NCBI RefSeq assembly: GCF_009914755.1
Contig: NC_060927.1
From: the human T2T-CHM13v2.0 reference genome, Homo sapiens
Strand: one strand, 5' to 3'
Length of the DNA stretch: 64,000 nt
Shown here: positions 35,175 to 47,596 of the stretch, piece after piece
How positions within the stretch are numbered: the stretch's first letter is position 1
How the letters are laid out: each line of letters starts with the position of its first letter
Program-made: the position numbers and the translations under genes
Notes under the pieces: generated by a model
Seen by the model: the letters and a program-made list of their open reading frames with translations, nothing else
Database searches by the model: none
Told to the model about the DNA's origin: nothing

Positions 35175-37545
35175 AAAGGGGTGTGCTCGCCTGGTGCCCA
35201 GGTCTTGGTCTCTAATTAATCATTTTCCTCTAACAGGAATCAGAGATCCTGGGAGAAATGGTTGACAGCAGGACTGGGGCAGGCCAGGTTCAGGATGAGC
35301 CAGGAACATCTTGTTATGCCGGAAAGTCAAGGAGATGCTTAAATACTCACTCACACAACAACAACAACAACAACAACAGCAAGGCAAAGATGAGGCATGT
35401 CACAAGGACGCAAACGCCAGCTTGTAAGGACTCCCAGTGGCCAAATCTGGGATGATGTGAGCACCAAAATAATTAATACGGTAATTAACTATAAGTCTCT
35501 GGGGAACAAAACCCTGAATTCATGAGTTCACATAGAAGAGTGGATGCATCTGTGGATCCATGGGAGAGAACGGAGAGCTCTTGCTTGAAGGAGCATGCAG
35601 AGGCCTGTTTGATAAACGTGGAATGCTGGAGTTGCAAAATCAGCAATCATAGTAAAGATGGATCAAGCAAGAATAATCAATGAAGGCCAAGCCTAGGGGA
35701 AACTTTGTGGAGAAGCAGCATTATTTACCTAGTCTTCAAGCATCTCCCCACAGATTGGGGAGAAAATAATAATGATGCAGTGGAGAAATTAAATGACACC
35801 TTGTCCGGATGGTCAAAATTCCCATCTCCATTGTGGGGCACATGGCATCACATGCCTGGGAAAGACAGCACCACCAAGGTGGCATTCCAGCTAAGAACAC
35901 GTAACTGGAAGTTAATCAAGAGGAAACAGACAAACCCCAAATAAGGAACATTCTATTAAAAAGCACAGGGATTATATTCTTCAAAAAATTTCAGTGTCAT
36001 AAAAGACAAAGAAAGGCTGGGCAGATGTTCCAAATTAAAGGAGGCTTAAGAGATATGACAACCAAATGCAGTATCTGATCCTAGACTGGATCCTGTGCTG
36101 GAGGAAAAAAAAATGGGTCAATTGACAAAGTTGACAAAATAAGGGCATCAGATTAGATCAAAGTATACATCAGACACCCAAAGCAAAAGCAACAAAAAGG
36201 AAATAGATAAATTGGACTTCATTAAAATAAAGCACTTTCATTCATGAAAGGACATTGTCAAGAAAGTGAAAAGACAACCTACAGAATGGGAGAACAGGCT
36301 TGCAGATCATTGATCTGATAAGAGTCTAGTATCCAGAATACAGAAAAAACTAATACAACTCAACAATAAAAAGGCAAACAACCCAATTTAAAAATGGGCA
36401 AAGGGCTTGAACAGACATTTCCCCGAAGAATATATACAAATAACCAGCAAACACATGAAAATATACTCAACAACTTCACCATCAGGAACATGCAAATCAA
36501 AACCACAATGAGATCACACCCACTAGAGTGGCTGTAATAAGTTAAGGAGAAAAGTTTTGGCAAGGGTGTGGAGAAATTGGAACCCTTGTACGTTGTTGGT
36601 GGGAATAGAAAATGGTAGCTGCTAAGGAAAACAGTTTGGCAGTTCCTTAAAAAGTTAAACATGGAATCATTATCTGACTCAGCAATTCCACTGCTAGGTA
36701 TATGCCAAAAAGAATTGAAAACAGGGACTCAAACAAATATAGATACACATATGTTCACAACAGCGCTGTTCACAAAAGTCAAAAGGTGGAAGCAACCCGA
36801 ATGTTCATCAAATGATGAATGGATAAACAAAATGTGATGTGTACATGCAATGGAATATTATTCGACCATGAAAAGGAATGAAGTACTAATACATGCTCCA
36901 CCTAAATGCTAAATGAAAAAGGGCCAGACACAAAAGGCTGCATATTCCATGATTCTATTTATATGCAATGTCTAGAATCAATAAGTCCGCAGAGACAGAA
37001 TGAGGATTGGTGGTTGCCAGGAGCTGGAGGGAGAAGACATGGGGATAAACTGGTTAATGCAGGTGGGTTTTCTTTTGGGGTGATGGAAATGTTTTGGAAC
37101 TAGATAGAAGTGGTGGCTGCACAACAATGTGAAAGTACTAATTGCCACTGAATTATTTCCTTTAAAATGGTTAATTTTATGTTATGTGAATTTCCTCTCA
37201 ACAAAAAAGTATCATATCATATCAAAATGTTAATTTTATAGAATGTATAAATTGCACTACAGTTATATAAGAGAATTCTCTCTTCTTAGGTAATATACCA
37301 TGAAGGATTTATGGGTTAAGGCGTATGTTGAATGCAAGTTATTCTCAAATGGTTTAGGAAAAAAATACTACGTATGTCGGGGTGGGTGGGGGAGAAAAGA
37401 GAGAGAGAGAGAGAATGTGTGACTATGGTAAAGCAAGTGGGGTAAAATGTCAACCATAGGTGAAGCTGGGTAAAATACATGGTTGTTCTCTGTAGTATTC
37501 TGTGAGTTTGAAATTATTGCTAAGTAAAAAGTTAAAAATAAAAAT
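35175..37545 (+). mobile_element. L1MC/L1MD 3' UTR interrupted by L1MB
   Basis: tgcccaggtcttggtctctaa...ggagaaatggttgacagcaggactggggcagg...gtcataaaagacaaagaaaggctg; resumes after 37210 and ends taaaaagttaaaaataaaa. Confidence 0.8.
36173..37209 (+). mobile_element. L1MB 3' end nested in L1MC
   Basis: atagataaattggacttcattaaaat...tgcaaatcaaaaccacaatgagat...gaaatgttttggaactagatagaagtggtgg...ttttatgttatgtgaattt. Confidence 0.85.
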
Positions 37546-37589
37546 GGAGGGGGGTTGTACTCAAAATAAGCTAGTGGGAGAAAGCTTTG

Positions 37590-37915
37590 AAGGACTTCAC
37601 TGGGGCTGTTGATGATATGTGAGTATGAACAGTGGATTAAGCAATAGCAGTGGAATAATGTTAAATTTGCAAATTTTGATCATTTCACAGGGCTTATCAG
37701 AGAGTGTCTTTGTTCTTAGGAAGTGTATACTAAAGCATTTAGAGGTGAGGTGTAAGGAGGTTTGCAACTTATTCAAAAGATGCATCTCTACATGTGTGGA
37801 CGCACACAGATAAAGCACACGAGGAAAGTAGAAACAATGGTGCTTCTGGTTAAAGGACACAGGAGTTCTTTGTATTGTTCTTGCAATTTGAGATTTCACC
37901 CAAAAAAAGTCACAA
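37590..37915 (+). mobile_element. Second L1MC-type 3' end
   Basis: aatgttaaatttg...tgttcttaggaagtgtatactaaagcatttagagg...ggagttctttgtattgttcttgcaa. Confidence 0.65.
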
Positions 37916-40900
37916 AAGTGAAAAAGGAGTCAAAGTGGAGGCAGGCCTGAGGGATGAGGTCTGTGAATTGAGTCTGCATCTGTCTCCACTAATCATCCTG
38001 TATGATGCCTGGAAAATTCGTAAGCATGTCCCCTAAGGTCCCAATTTCTTCATCTTTGGTTAGTTCCAGCTGGGGTGATAATTGGGTTCCCTTTCATTCT
38101 CAAATGTTTCAAAGCCTCTTATGTGACCAGGAAAGCATCAAAGGGTGAGCTGGGAGGCTCCACACTTCTCCTGTGTGTGACAGAAGACCTGTGGCATTGT
38201 GGCATTCACAGGATCTTTGATGTGTTCCCCTCGAACCTGGGAGGACCCACTTGATCCTGGGTGGGACCCCCGTTGCAAAGACATTGACACATGCAGCCTG
38301 GCTAGTTGGCAGCTGCTGTCTATCACAGGCGACCTGAGAGCCCCAGTGAAGACCCCGCCCAGAAACTTCATCCAAAGCCCACTCCTTCTGCCTATCTGGA
38401 GAGAGTTCTGGCCGATATCAATGTTTGTGAGAGCCTGTACAAATTGTCTATTTGGGCATGTCGATGGCCTTCCCTAAATCGCTAAAGACTCCTAGGTTTC
38501 TGCAAATCAGAGTGGTTTCTGTCCTTCTCACGTTGTCCTGGGGATACTTGAGAGGTCACAAATGCTGAAATGATGATGCTGGCACCTGCATTGCTTCACT
38601 CCCCAAATTCTCCTTGCCTGGAATCCTTTCCTCTCTTCCTGTCCCATCCCAAACCGTCTCATCCTGGAGACCCAGCTCAAGTCCTTCCACCTCCCCAAGT
38701 CAGCCTGGATGCTTGGGAGACCATTAAGACACCCCCGATCCTCTGGCTTCCTGTGACGTTTGCGATTCCTCTTTCATGGCTTAATTCCATATATGTCTTT
38801 TGCTTGTCATCACTTCCTGAGTGTGTTAGGCTCTGTGAGCTCTTAAGAATGGGGGCCTCTATCAGCTGTTTCTTCATTCACCTCCTCTTTACCCCCAAAG
38901 CCCCTCCCTGGCGCCACCCACCCAGCGGACATTCAATGACACTTGCTGACTACAGCGAGGAAGCAGAGTGCGTTACATAATGGGAATGATCCTTGAGAAA
39001 GATTTTTCTGACAGCAGAATAAAGGATGGGCTAGAGAAAAACCAACAACAAGCCCATCAATCATTGTGTGTTTATTGAGCATCTCCTGTTTGAGGCGCTC
39101 CACTAAGAGATTCAGAGGATTCAAAGACAGATAAGGCACCCCTGCCTACTCCCACAACTCCCATCGGAACAGAATTCAGGTTGAGGAGACAACATGTGGG
39201 GCGTTACATAATCATACAAGGCAAGAAGCGCCCTGCAAGTGCACAGCATCAGAGGTTGGCACAGCAGGATGTGATTAATTGCCAGGTGAATGATGGACTA
39301 CAAAGGGAAATTATGTGACACTGTGATTCAGCAAAGCAGTGGGGTTCCAGGGCTTGGTGGGAGCAATGGGGGTAGGGGGAATGGGGGCAGCCCCTTCTGC
39401 AGTACAACGATTTGGGAAAGGAAAAGATTGTGGAGAACAAGGAATCTGAGCTGTGTCCAGCCCATGGGGAGGGTTTCCATAGGTGAAGACAAGAAGGCAT
39501 GACTGGCAGGGAAATGGGCCCACTAGAACAATAAGGAAGGAGAGGAGATGGGCTCAGAGGACTTGGGCAAACAGGAAGTCAAGTGGTGGATGTGAGGCAG
39601 GGAAGGCAGAGTGGGGTGGATGGGAAAGGGTGCTGACATCTCACCGTGAGATCAAACAGGCCCTAGCTCTCTGCTTTATTTTGTTCGGTTTTTCTTCTCT
39701 CGCTTCCCCTAAGCATCTAGGTTCAAAACTTGCCATTGAAGAAGCCAAGGCACAGATTTTCATGAATAAGAGGATGGCTGGGACTGGTCCCCATCCCATG
39801 TGTTGCATCAACTGCTGTGGGGAAGTGGGGAGGATGAACATGAGGAGGGTCCCCTGTATCTGTCCCCAGCAAGGAGATGGCCCTGGTAAGGTTTCGGAGA
39901 ATGAGGCAGGGGGCGAGCAGCCGATGGAGAGCTCTCACTTGGAAACTCAGACTGGGGAAGCCAAGGAGAGGACAGTAGATGTTCCTAGGACAGTGAAGGC
40001 ATCAAAGGAAGGAATAGTTTTTCCTCAATAGAGGAAGTCTGAAGAGGTTTGAGAAGAGAGAAAAAGAAGTTGATGGTGATGAATAAAAGAGCAGGCAGGT
40101 GAAGAGATAAAACTCCATGGGCAAAGTCCAGAGAGGTGCACAAAAGAACTCTTCTCTCACAGGGGAAAGGGAGGCAGACATCCAGAAAAGGTGAAGGGAA
40201 GAGGATGAATTCCACACACAATGGTCTTCATCTTCTGATTCCAGGCTGCCCTCTGCTTTCCCACGTAATGCACCTGAAAAGATGTCAGCAAGAGAAAGTG
40301 GAGGACTGGCAATAGAACAGGGAGTGCAATTGGCTGTGGAGATGGGAGCACTTGGGCATATAAGTTGGGAGGAGAAGGTGATTATTGTCAGCAAATCAGC
40401 AAGGAGATCAGCCTGAGGGTTGCCGGCTGTCCCCAGCTGGTTGCCCTTGAACTAGGTCACCACTGACTTCTGCACCCACACATCCGATGGCAGTGGTTCT
40501 GTTCTTAGCTGGATTGACCTCTCACCTGCTCTCAACCTATTCCCCACCCCTCCACCTGGAGACAATCTCTTCCCTTGGCTGCCCTGACTAACACCTTCCC
40601 GGCTTTCCTGACTAACAGTTTCCTGGATTTCTTCCAACATCTCTGGCCATGCTTTCTCTGTCCCCTTTGTGGAAACACCTTTCTCCTCCCAGCATCAATG
40701 TGGGAGGCCCCTGAGGCTTGGGCCTAGGCTTCCCGCTGTTCCCTGACTCTGCCATCAAGGCCCATGGCTTTGACTTCTACATATTCACAAATCCAACTTT
40801 CTATCTCCAACCCATACTTCTCGCCAGAGCCCCAGTTTCTTAATTGATATTTCCACCTGGACAACTCAAAAGCCACTTATGCTCACTGTGACCCAAGCCG

Positions 40901-41317
40901 ACCTCAGGACTCCCAAACTCCCCCAAACCTGGTCCTGGGTTCCTTCCCTATCTCAATGAAAGTACCACTTTCCATCCCACTATGTCATCCAGAGACATAA
41001 CCTGGGAGAAACTCCAAGAGCTTTGCTTCCAAATCACCAACACTTCTCCCAGCACCAAATCCTACCAGTTTTCCATCTCTGGTCTTTCCCAAATCTCTTC
41101 ACTTCTCCCTACCTCCATTTCTGCCCCTGGTCCTAGGCCATACTGCCAGTCTTCTTCTCTGGGCCACAGCAGAAGCTTCCTCATTGAGTCTTCTTGCATC
41201 CTCTCATCATCTTTCCAATTCATTTTCCACAGAGCAGCCAGAGATGACCATGACCATGTTGATTCACCTGTTGCATAAACCCTTCATTTGGCCTCCAGCC
41301 ATTTTCAGAGTATAGAC

Positions 41318-41651
41318 CTGCACCTCCAGTGCAGCAGCCACTAGCCACATGTGGCCATTTAAATTTTTTTATTATTATTATTTATAGAGACGGGGTCTTC
41401 CTTTGTTAGCTGGTCTGAAACTCCTGATTTTAAGTGATCTTCCCACCTTGGCCTCCCAAAGTGCTGAGATCACAGGTGTGAGCTACCACATCTGGCATAA
41501 ATTTCAATTAATTAAAGTGAGACATCAAAAGTTCTGTCCTTCAGTCATACTCACCACATTTCAAGTGCTCATGTTGGTCAGTGGCTATTATACTGGACAG
41601 CACAGTCACAGAATATTTCATCATCACAGAAAATTATATTGGATACCACTG
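41318..41651 (-). mobile_element. MER3 (hAT-Charlie) with perfect 8-bp TSD
   Basis: agccactagccacatgtggccatttaaa...ccacatttcaagtgctca...catcatcacagaaaatt; GTATAGAC at 41310-41317 and 41652-41659. Confidence 0.9.
41364..41497 (-). mobile_element. FLAM_C / Alu left monomer nested in MER3
   Basis: tagagacggggtct...aagtgatcttcccaccttggcctcccaaagtgctg...gagctaccacatctggc. Confidence 0.85.
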
Positions 41652-41879
41652 GTATAGACAGAACTCCCTAAAGGGTCCCATAAGCCCACAGAGTCTGCCC
41701 TCTGCTCACCCCCGCCAGCCTCATCTTATGTCATCCTTCTGCCAATTTCTCTGATCCAGCTCTACTGGGTGACAAACTCTCTTCCAGCACAGGCCTTTTG
41801 CATATGCTGTTCCCTCAGATGGAGCATTCCTCTCTCTTATTAGACTAGTTAACTCCCATTCTCTCTGACCTCAGCTCAG

Positions 41880-44090
41880 GAAGGGAGGGGATGAGATGGA
41901 TGGGTGAATGGACAGATGGGTGGATGGATAGGATAAATGGATGGATGGATGGTGATATGGTTTGGCTGTGTTCCCACCCATATCTCATCTTGAATTCCCA
42001 CATGTTGTGGGAGGGACCTGGTGGGAGGTAATTGAATCATGGGGGCGGGTGTTTTCCATGCTGTTCTGTTCTCATGATAGTGAATAAGTCTCACAAGATC
42101 TGATGGTTTTAAAAAGGGGAGGTTCCCTGCACAAGCTCTCTTCTCCTGTGTACCACCATGTGAGACATGCCTTTCACCTTCCACAATGTTTGTGAGGTCT
42201 CCCCAGCCACGTGGAAGTGTAAGTCCAATGGACGTCTTTCTTCTGTGAATTTCCCAGTCTCGGGTATGCCAATAAAGATCGGCAGCGTGAAAACAGACTA
42301 ACACAGTAAATTGGTACCAGGCTTGGGGTGCTACTGAAGATACCCGAAACTGTGGAAGCGACTTTGGAATTGGGTAACAGGCAGAAGTGGGAACAGTTTG
42401 GAGGGCTCAGAAGAAGACAAGAAAATGTGGGAAAGTTTGGAACTTCCTAGAGACTTGTTGAATGGCTTTGACAAAAATGCTCATAGTGATATAAACAATA
42501 ACGTCCAGACTGAGGTGGTCTCAGATGGAGTTGAGGAACTTGTTGGGAACTGGAGAAAGGTGACTCTTGTTATGTTTTAGCAAAGAGACTGGTGGCATTT
42601 TGCCCCTGCCCTAGAGATTTGTGGAACTTTGAACTTTGAACTTGAGAGAGACGATTTAAGGTATATGGCAGAAGAAATTTCTAAGCAGCAAAGCATTCAA
42701 GAGGTGACTTGGGTGCTGTTAAGGGCATTCAGTTTTAAAAGGGAAACAGAGGACAAAAGTTTGGAAAATTTTCAGCCTGACAATGTGATAGAAATGAAAA
42801 TCCCATTTTCTGAGGAGAAATTCAAGCCAGCGGCAGAAATTTGCATAAGTAACAAGGAACTGAATGTTAATCTCCAAGAAATGGGGAAAATATCTCCAGG
42901 ACATGTTGGAGGTCTTCACAGCAGCCCCTCCTATCACAGGCTTGGAGGCCTAGGAGGAAAAGATGGTTTTGTGGGCTTGCCCCCCTGCTCTGTGCAGCTG
43001 TCAGAAGAGGGCTACCATCCTCCAGACCCCATAATGGTAGGTACATTGACAGCTTGCACCGTGCACCTGGAAAAGCCACAGACACTCAATGCCAGCCCCT
43101 GAAAGCAACCAGGAGGGGAGCTATGCCCTGCAAAGCCACAGGGTTGAGCTTCCCAAGGCCACGGGAGCCCACCTCTTGCATCCATGTGACCTGGATGTGA
43201 GACATAGAGTCAAAGGAGTTCATTTTTAAGCTTTAAGGCTTGACTGCCCTGCTGGATTTTGGACTTGAGTGGGGCCTGCAGCCCCTTTGTTTTGGCCAAT
43301 TTCTCCCATTTGGAATGGCTGTAGTTACCCAATGCCTGTACCCCCATTGTATCTAGGAAGTAACTAGCTTGCTTTTGATTTTACATGCTCATAGGCAGAA
43401 GGGACTTGCCTTGTCTTGGATGAGACTTTGGACTGTGGACTTTTGAGTTAATGCTGAAATAAATTAAGACTTTGGGGGACTGTTGAGAAGGCATGATTGG
43501 TTTTGAAATGTGAGGACATGAGATTAGGGAGGGGCCAGATGTGGAATGATAGGGTTTGGCTGTGTCCCCACCCAAATTTCATATCGAATTTCCATGTGTT
43601 GTGGGAGGGACCCAGTGAGAGGTAATTGAATCATGGGGGCAGGTCTTTCCCATGCTGTTCTGTTCTCATGATAGTGAATAAGTCTCACAAGATCTGATGG
43701 TTTTAAAAAGGGGAGGTTCCCTGCATAAGCTCTCTTCTCTTGTCTGCTGCCACGTGAGATGTGCCTTTCACCTTCCACCATGATTGTGAGGCCTCCCCAG
43801 CCACATGGAACTGTAAGTCCAATAAATCTCCTCCTTTTGTAAATTGCCCAGTCTTGGATATGTCTTTCTCAGCCACATGAAAATGGAGTAACACAGATGG
43901 GTTCATGGGTGGATGGATGGGGGGATATGGATGTATAGGTGGATGGAAGGGTGGGTGAATGGCTGGGTGGTAGATGGGTGGATGGAAGGGTGAATGGATG
44001 GATGGATGGATGGATGGGTGAATGCATGTATGAATGGATGGATGGATGGATGGATGGATGGATAGATGGATGGATGAATGGATGAAGGTG
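41880..44090. repeat. (TGGA)n array split by the THE1B provirus (41880-41952 and 43896-44090)
   Basis: ggat/gggt units on both sides of the provirus. Confidence 0.9.
41953..43895 (+). mobile_element. THE1B-like MaLR provirus: 5' LTR 41953-42305, internal 42306-43546, 3' LTR 43547-43895
   Basis: Both LTRs run TGATA(T/G)GGTTTGGCTGTG...TAACACA; internal region starts gtaaattggtaccag and ends with a purine tract; 5-bp TSD GATGG 41948-41952 / 43896-43900. Confidence 0.93.
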
Positions 44091-44832
44091 GTAGTAGATT
44101 TAGCTAGTGTCAAGGATTATAACCTTCTGGAAAGCCTTTGTCCATTGTGAGATGCAGTTCTTTAGCTTAATGCCAGTCATGCTCCATCTGTCTTACTCCC
44201 CTGTTTCAATTTGGTGCTGTCTTCTGATGCCCATTAACCTTGTGAACTAGAAGAGAATGGACTATACCAGGTTCAGGTTTCTGTTTGGGGTGATGATGGG
44301 TCCCTGGCAAATCAGTACAATAGTCTCCTCTTCTGATTTGGATATGTATGGAGCCTGAGGCTTCAAGGGGAGACTATTCTATTCCAGATAATGGGGCTAT
44401 TTTTTGTGGCAAACAAATAAATAGGCCTTCTTCTGCCCACCTCAGCCCCAGATGTGGCCTGGCTGGTATAAATCAGCTTCTCTGGGCTGATGACCCCACC
44501 ACGTGGCCCAGAGGGAGTCCCTGAGCCCCAGATCAGAGGGGCAGACACCTGGGCCATCCTCAAGCAGAAAGGTTTTCACCATTTTCAAGTGAAGTCCACC
44601 ACCCTTCCCTAGCTACATCAGAGAAAATAAAATGATGGGCAGTCCTCTGCAGGAGTCAGAAATGAGGTGAGGCTATAAGGCAAGATCTTTAAAACACACA
44701 AAGAAAACTAGACTTTAGCTATGGCTTAGTCACTTAAGTGTCATTATAACACCATGCATTGATGTTACAGGGCGCCCTGAATCCAGGGAGGTCTTGGTGC
44801 ATAAGTACTGTATGTAGAGAGACAGAACCAGC

Positions 44833-45430
44833 ATGACGATTCCTTGAAAACTTAAACTTAGAATCACCACGTGATACAGCAATCCCATTCCTGAGTATAT
44901 ACCAAAAAGAATTGAAAGCAGGGACACAAACAGATATTTGCACACCCATGTTTGTGGCAGCATTATTCACAATAGCCAAAATATGGGAACAACGCAAGTG
45001 TCCATCAGTGGATGAATGCAGAAACAAAATGCAGTATACACACACAGTTGAATATTGTTCGGCCTCAAAAAGAAAGGAAATCCAAAGGATGAATGTTGAG
45101 GATGTTATGCTGAGTGAAATAAGCCGGTCGCAAGAGGACAAATACTGTGTGGTTCCACTCATGAGGTATGTACAGCAGTCAAGGTCATAGGGACAGAAAG
45201 TGAGTGGTGGTTCCTGGGGGCTTGGGGAGAACAGGGATTTAGTGTTTAATGGGTACAGCGTTTCAGTTAAGGAAGGTGAAAAAGTTCTGGAGATGGATGG
45301 TGGTGATAGTTTCACAGCTATATGAATACACTTGAGACCACTGAACTGTACACCTAAAAACTGCTAAGATGGTACATTTTATGTTATGTGTATCCCACCT
45401 CAATAAAAAAGTCAAAGTGAAAAAATAAAT
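44833..45430 (+). mobile_element. L1MB (L1MB3-like) 3' fragment
   Basis: cagcaatcccattcctgagtatataccaaaaagaattgaaagcaggg...gaaaaagttctggagatggatggtggtgat...aataaa. Confidence 0.9.
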
Positions 45431-45919
45431 TTAAAGGGAAGAGTTCTCAGATAGGTATTTCTAAGGCAAGCCCCAGAGCAGCAGGCCTGCACGGCTCCTC
45501 CATGAGGTGTGGCATGCTCACCAGGCCAGCCACCAATGACCCCCCTTTGCTTATGTGAAAGCCACGCAGCCACTCTTATCTGCTGCAGCCCATCACCTCA
45601 TCCTGGAAACATTGTTTCCAAGACTTCAAAGTGCCCAGTCTTCATTGGCTGTGGGTGAATTTGCTTTCTGAAGAGTCCAAAGGACTCAACCACACCTGAT
45701 GGAGACAGGGCAGGATGGGGAGGGAAGGTGCCTGAGTTGAGGGACCCACTTGGGGGGCGTCAGAAACCAGGCAGGGCCTCAAGGGGGAATTGATCCACTT
45801 ACCCACAAGGGAACTCCCAATGCAGTTTCCAGAATGCTCCGCCAAAGGCAGAATCCCTGGATGTAAATATGTGCACCTTAGTCACTCACCAACGAGTATT
45901 TCTTAGCCTCAATAACAGC

Positions 45920-46690
45920 AGCCCCAGCTAACCCTTACTGAGTGTAGCATACTGAGCTCCCATGATTACTTGATCTAATCTTCACTCTATCTCCATAAGG
46001 CATGTGCCATTATTGCCCTCCCTTTTCAGAGGGGGAAACCTAGGCTTAGTGAGAGTCTCCAGCCTACGTCTTACTATAGCCTACGATATCCTCCACCCTC
46101 CAGCTTTGCTGAGCAGACCCTACAGCACTTTTTCTCGTGTTCTATACTGTTCCTGCTTCCTGGATTGCCCTTCCTCTCCTTTCTCTACTCAACACATTTT
46201 TTCTCATCCTGTCCCTCCACTTCCAATACCCCCTTCTTCTGTGAGGCCTTCTTGATAATTTTAGGCAGATTGAGGAGTCATTCCTTCCTACACAGCATCA
46301 ACCTCATTATTGCTGAACTCTTACTTGGCTCCTGGAAATGAGTTAGGCATTCTGTACTCATTCTCTTACTTGTCCCTCCCACAAACCCTCTGAGGCAGGC
46401 TTTGTTGTTCTCCCTTTTTTAAAGATGAGAAAAGTGGAACATAGAGAGGATAAGATACTTGCCCAAGGTAACAGATATTGAGGGTGGACTCGGAACTTAA
46501 ACCCTGGCAGCCTGACTCCAGAGTCCTTACTAGGGTATTTTTATTACTGTATCCGTGCCTCTGTCTGTCCCCCACACTAGACTGTGAGCTTCTCTAGGGC
46601 AGTATCGGTTCATCTTGTAACCCAGGGCCTACTTAGAACAGGACACATAAAAGGTCTTGATAAATATTTGCTCAATTAGTGGCTGGCTGA
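45920..46690. mobile_element. Interleaved MIR (-) and L2 (+) fragments
   Basis: MIR cores at about 46020 and 46420; L2 tail actagactgtgagcttctctagggcag...ataaatatttgct. Confidence 0.6.
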
Positions 46691-47027
46691 CTCAAGGAGG
46701 AGACAACAGAGTTTCCAGGCTGTACAGGCTGAGCATCCGAGTGGATGAGGCGGGAAATGAACATAGACGAGCGAAGTGGAGGAGACATAGGTATGGGTTG
46801 AGAGGCTGCCTGGAGGGTGCAGGTCCTGAAAGAAAGGGTGGGGACCTCCCAGGAAGATGTGGAAGAGGGGATTCCAAAAAGCTAAGAAAGGAGAACCTAT
46901 GGATCCGCCTCCCTCCAGCATAGATTTATCCTGTGCAATCTAGTGCAGAAGGTCCCAGGAGGAAAGTGGTAACAGGAGTGCTTGGAACTGTGTGGTGTGC
47001 AGGGTTTTGGGAGGCTGTCTCCATAGG

Positions 47028-47199
47028 GGAGTGGTCCTCAGTGTATTGAAATCTCTTGGGAAGCTGGTAAAAAAAAAAAAAACGCAGACTCTGGGGCTCC
47101 CTGGAGAGTCACAAGGCCTTGGGCCAAGGAAACTGCATTTTCACAACGCCCAAGAGATTCTGCTGAAGCTGTCCACAAACCACATTTAGAGAAATACTA
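47028..47199. mobile_element. MER5-family hAT-Charlie element
   Basis: gtggtcctca...gggaagctggtaaaa...gcagactctgggg...ctgcattttcacaa...accacatttagagaaatact. Confidence 0.65.
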
Positions 47200-47596
47200 T
47201 CGCAGTGACTGGTGTGTGGCCTCCTCATCTCCACATCACTATTGTAGGGGCTGTCAGCGGGGGCCTCTCAGCCTGGAAGGTGCTTGGAAGACCTGCACAG
47301 TTTAAAAATGCCAGAAGAGCACAGGATGCTTCCACGTGAGCTTTCCTACAAGCAGGAACTAGTCAATAAAAGCACATATGCCTGGCAAAACATGAATAAC
47401 CAGCTTGCGCAGAGGTCAAGACATAATATGAAATACTGCTGGTCAAATGGAAATGACAAGCTATGTGCTGTCTCTCATTCACTCTCAACTACACCAATCC
47501 CTCTGTCGCTTAACTCTGCTCTTCCCTTTCTCAACCCCCTCCACTCTCCTCCCTCTCCTATTGGGATTTGAAACCTGTTAAGACAGCTGTGCCTCT

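Larger units (their letters stand above)
38570..41880. mobile_element. L2 cluster: + (38570-38950), - (39050-40420), + (40450-41880)
   Basis: L2 tail gtttattgagcatctcctg at about 39070, purine-rich reversed body, then pyrimidine-rich forward body (cccatggctttgac, atatttccacctggac, tttccacagagcagccagag). Confidence 0.65.

Noticed and set aside
38880-39120. Tail-to-tail L2 pair as a miRNA-like hairpin
   Set aside because: Arms are too diverged and about 100 nt apart; I could not build an extended stem by eye.
42398-43102. THE1-internal ORFs (60 and 157 aa) as a functional gene
   Set aside because: Fragments of the decayed MaLR internal ORF, broken by stops and a deletion.
42195-43805. THE1B PRDM9 hotspot motif
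   Set aside because: The LTRs read TCTCCCCAGCCAC and CCTCCCCAGCCAC, lacking the T of CCTCCCTAGCCAC (CCNCCNTNNCCNC).
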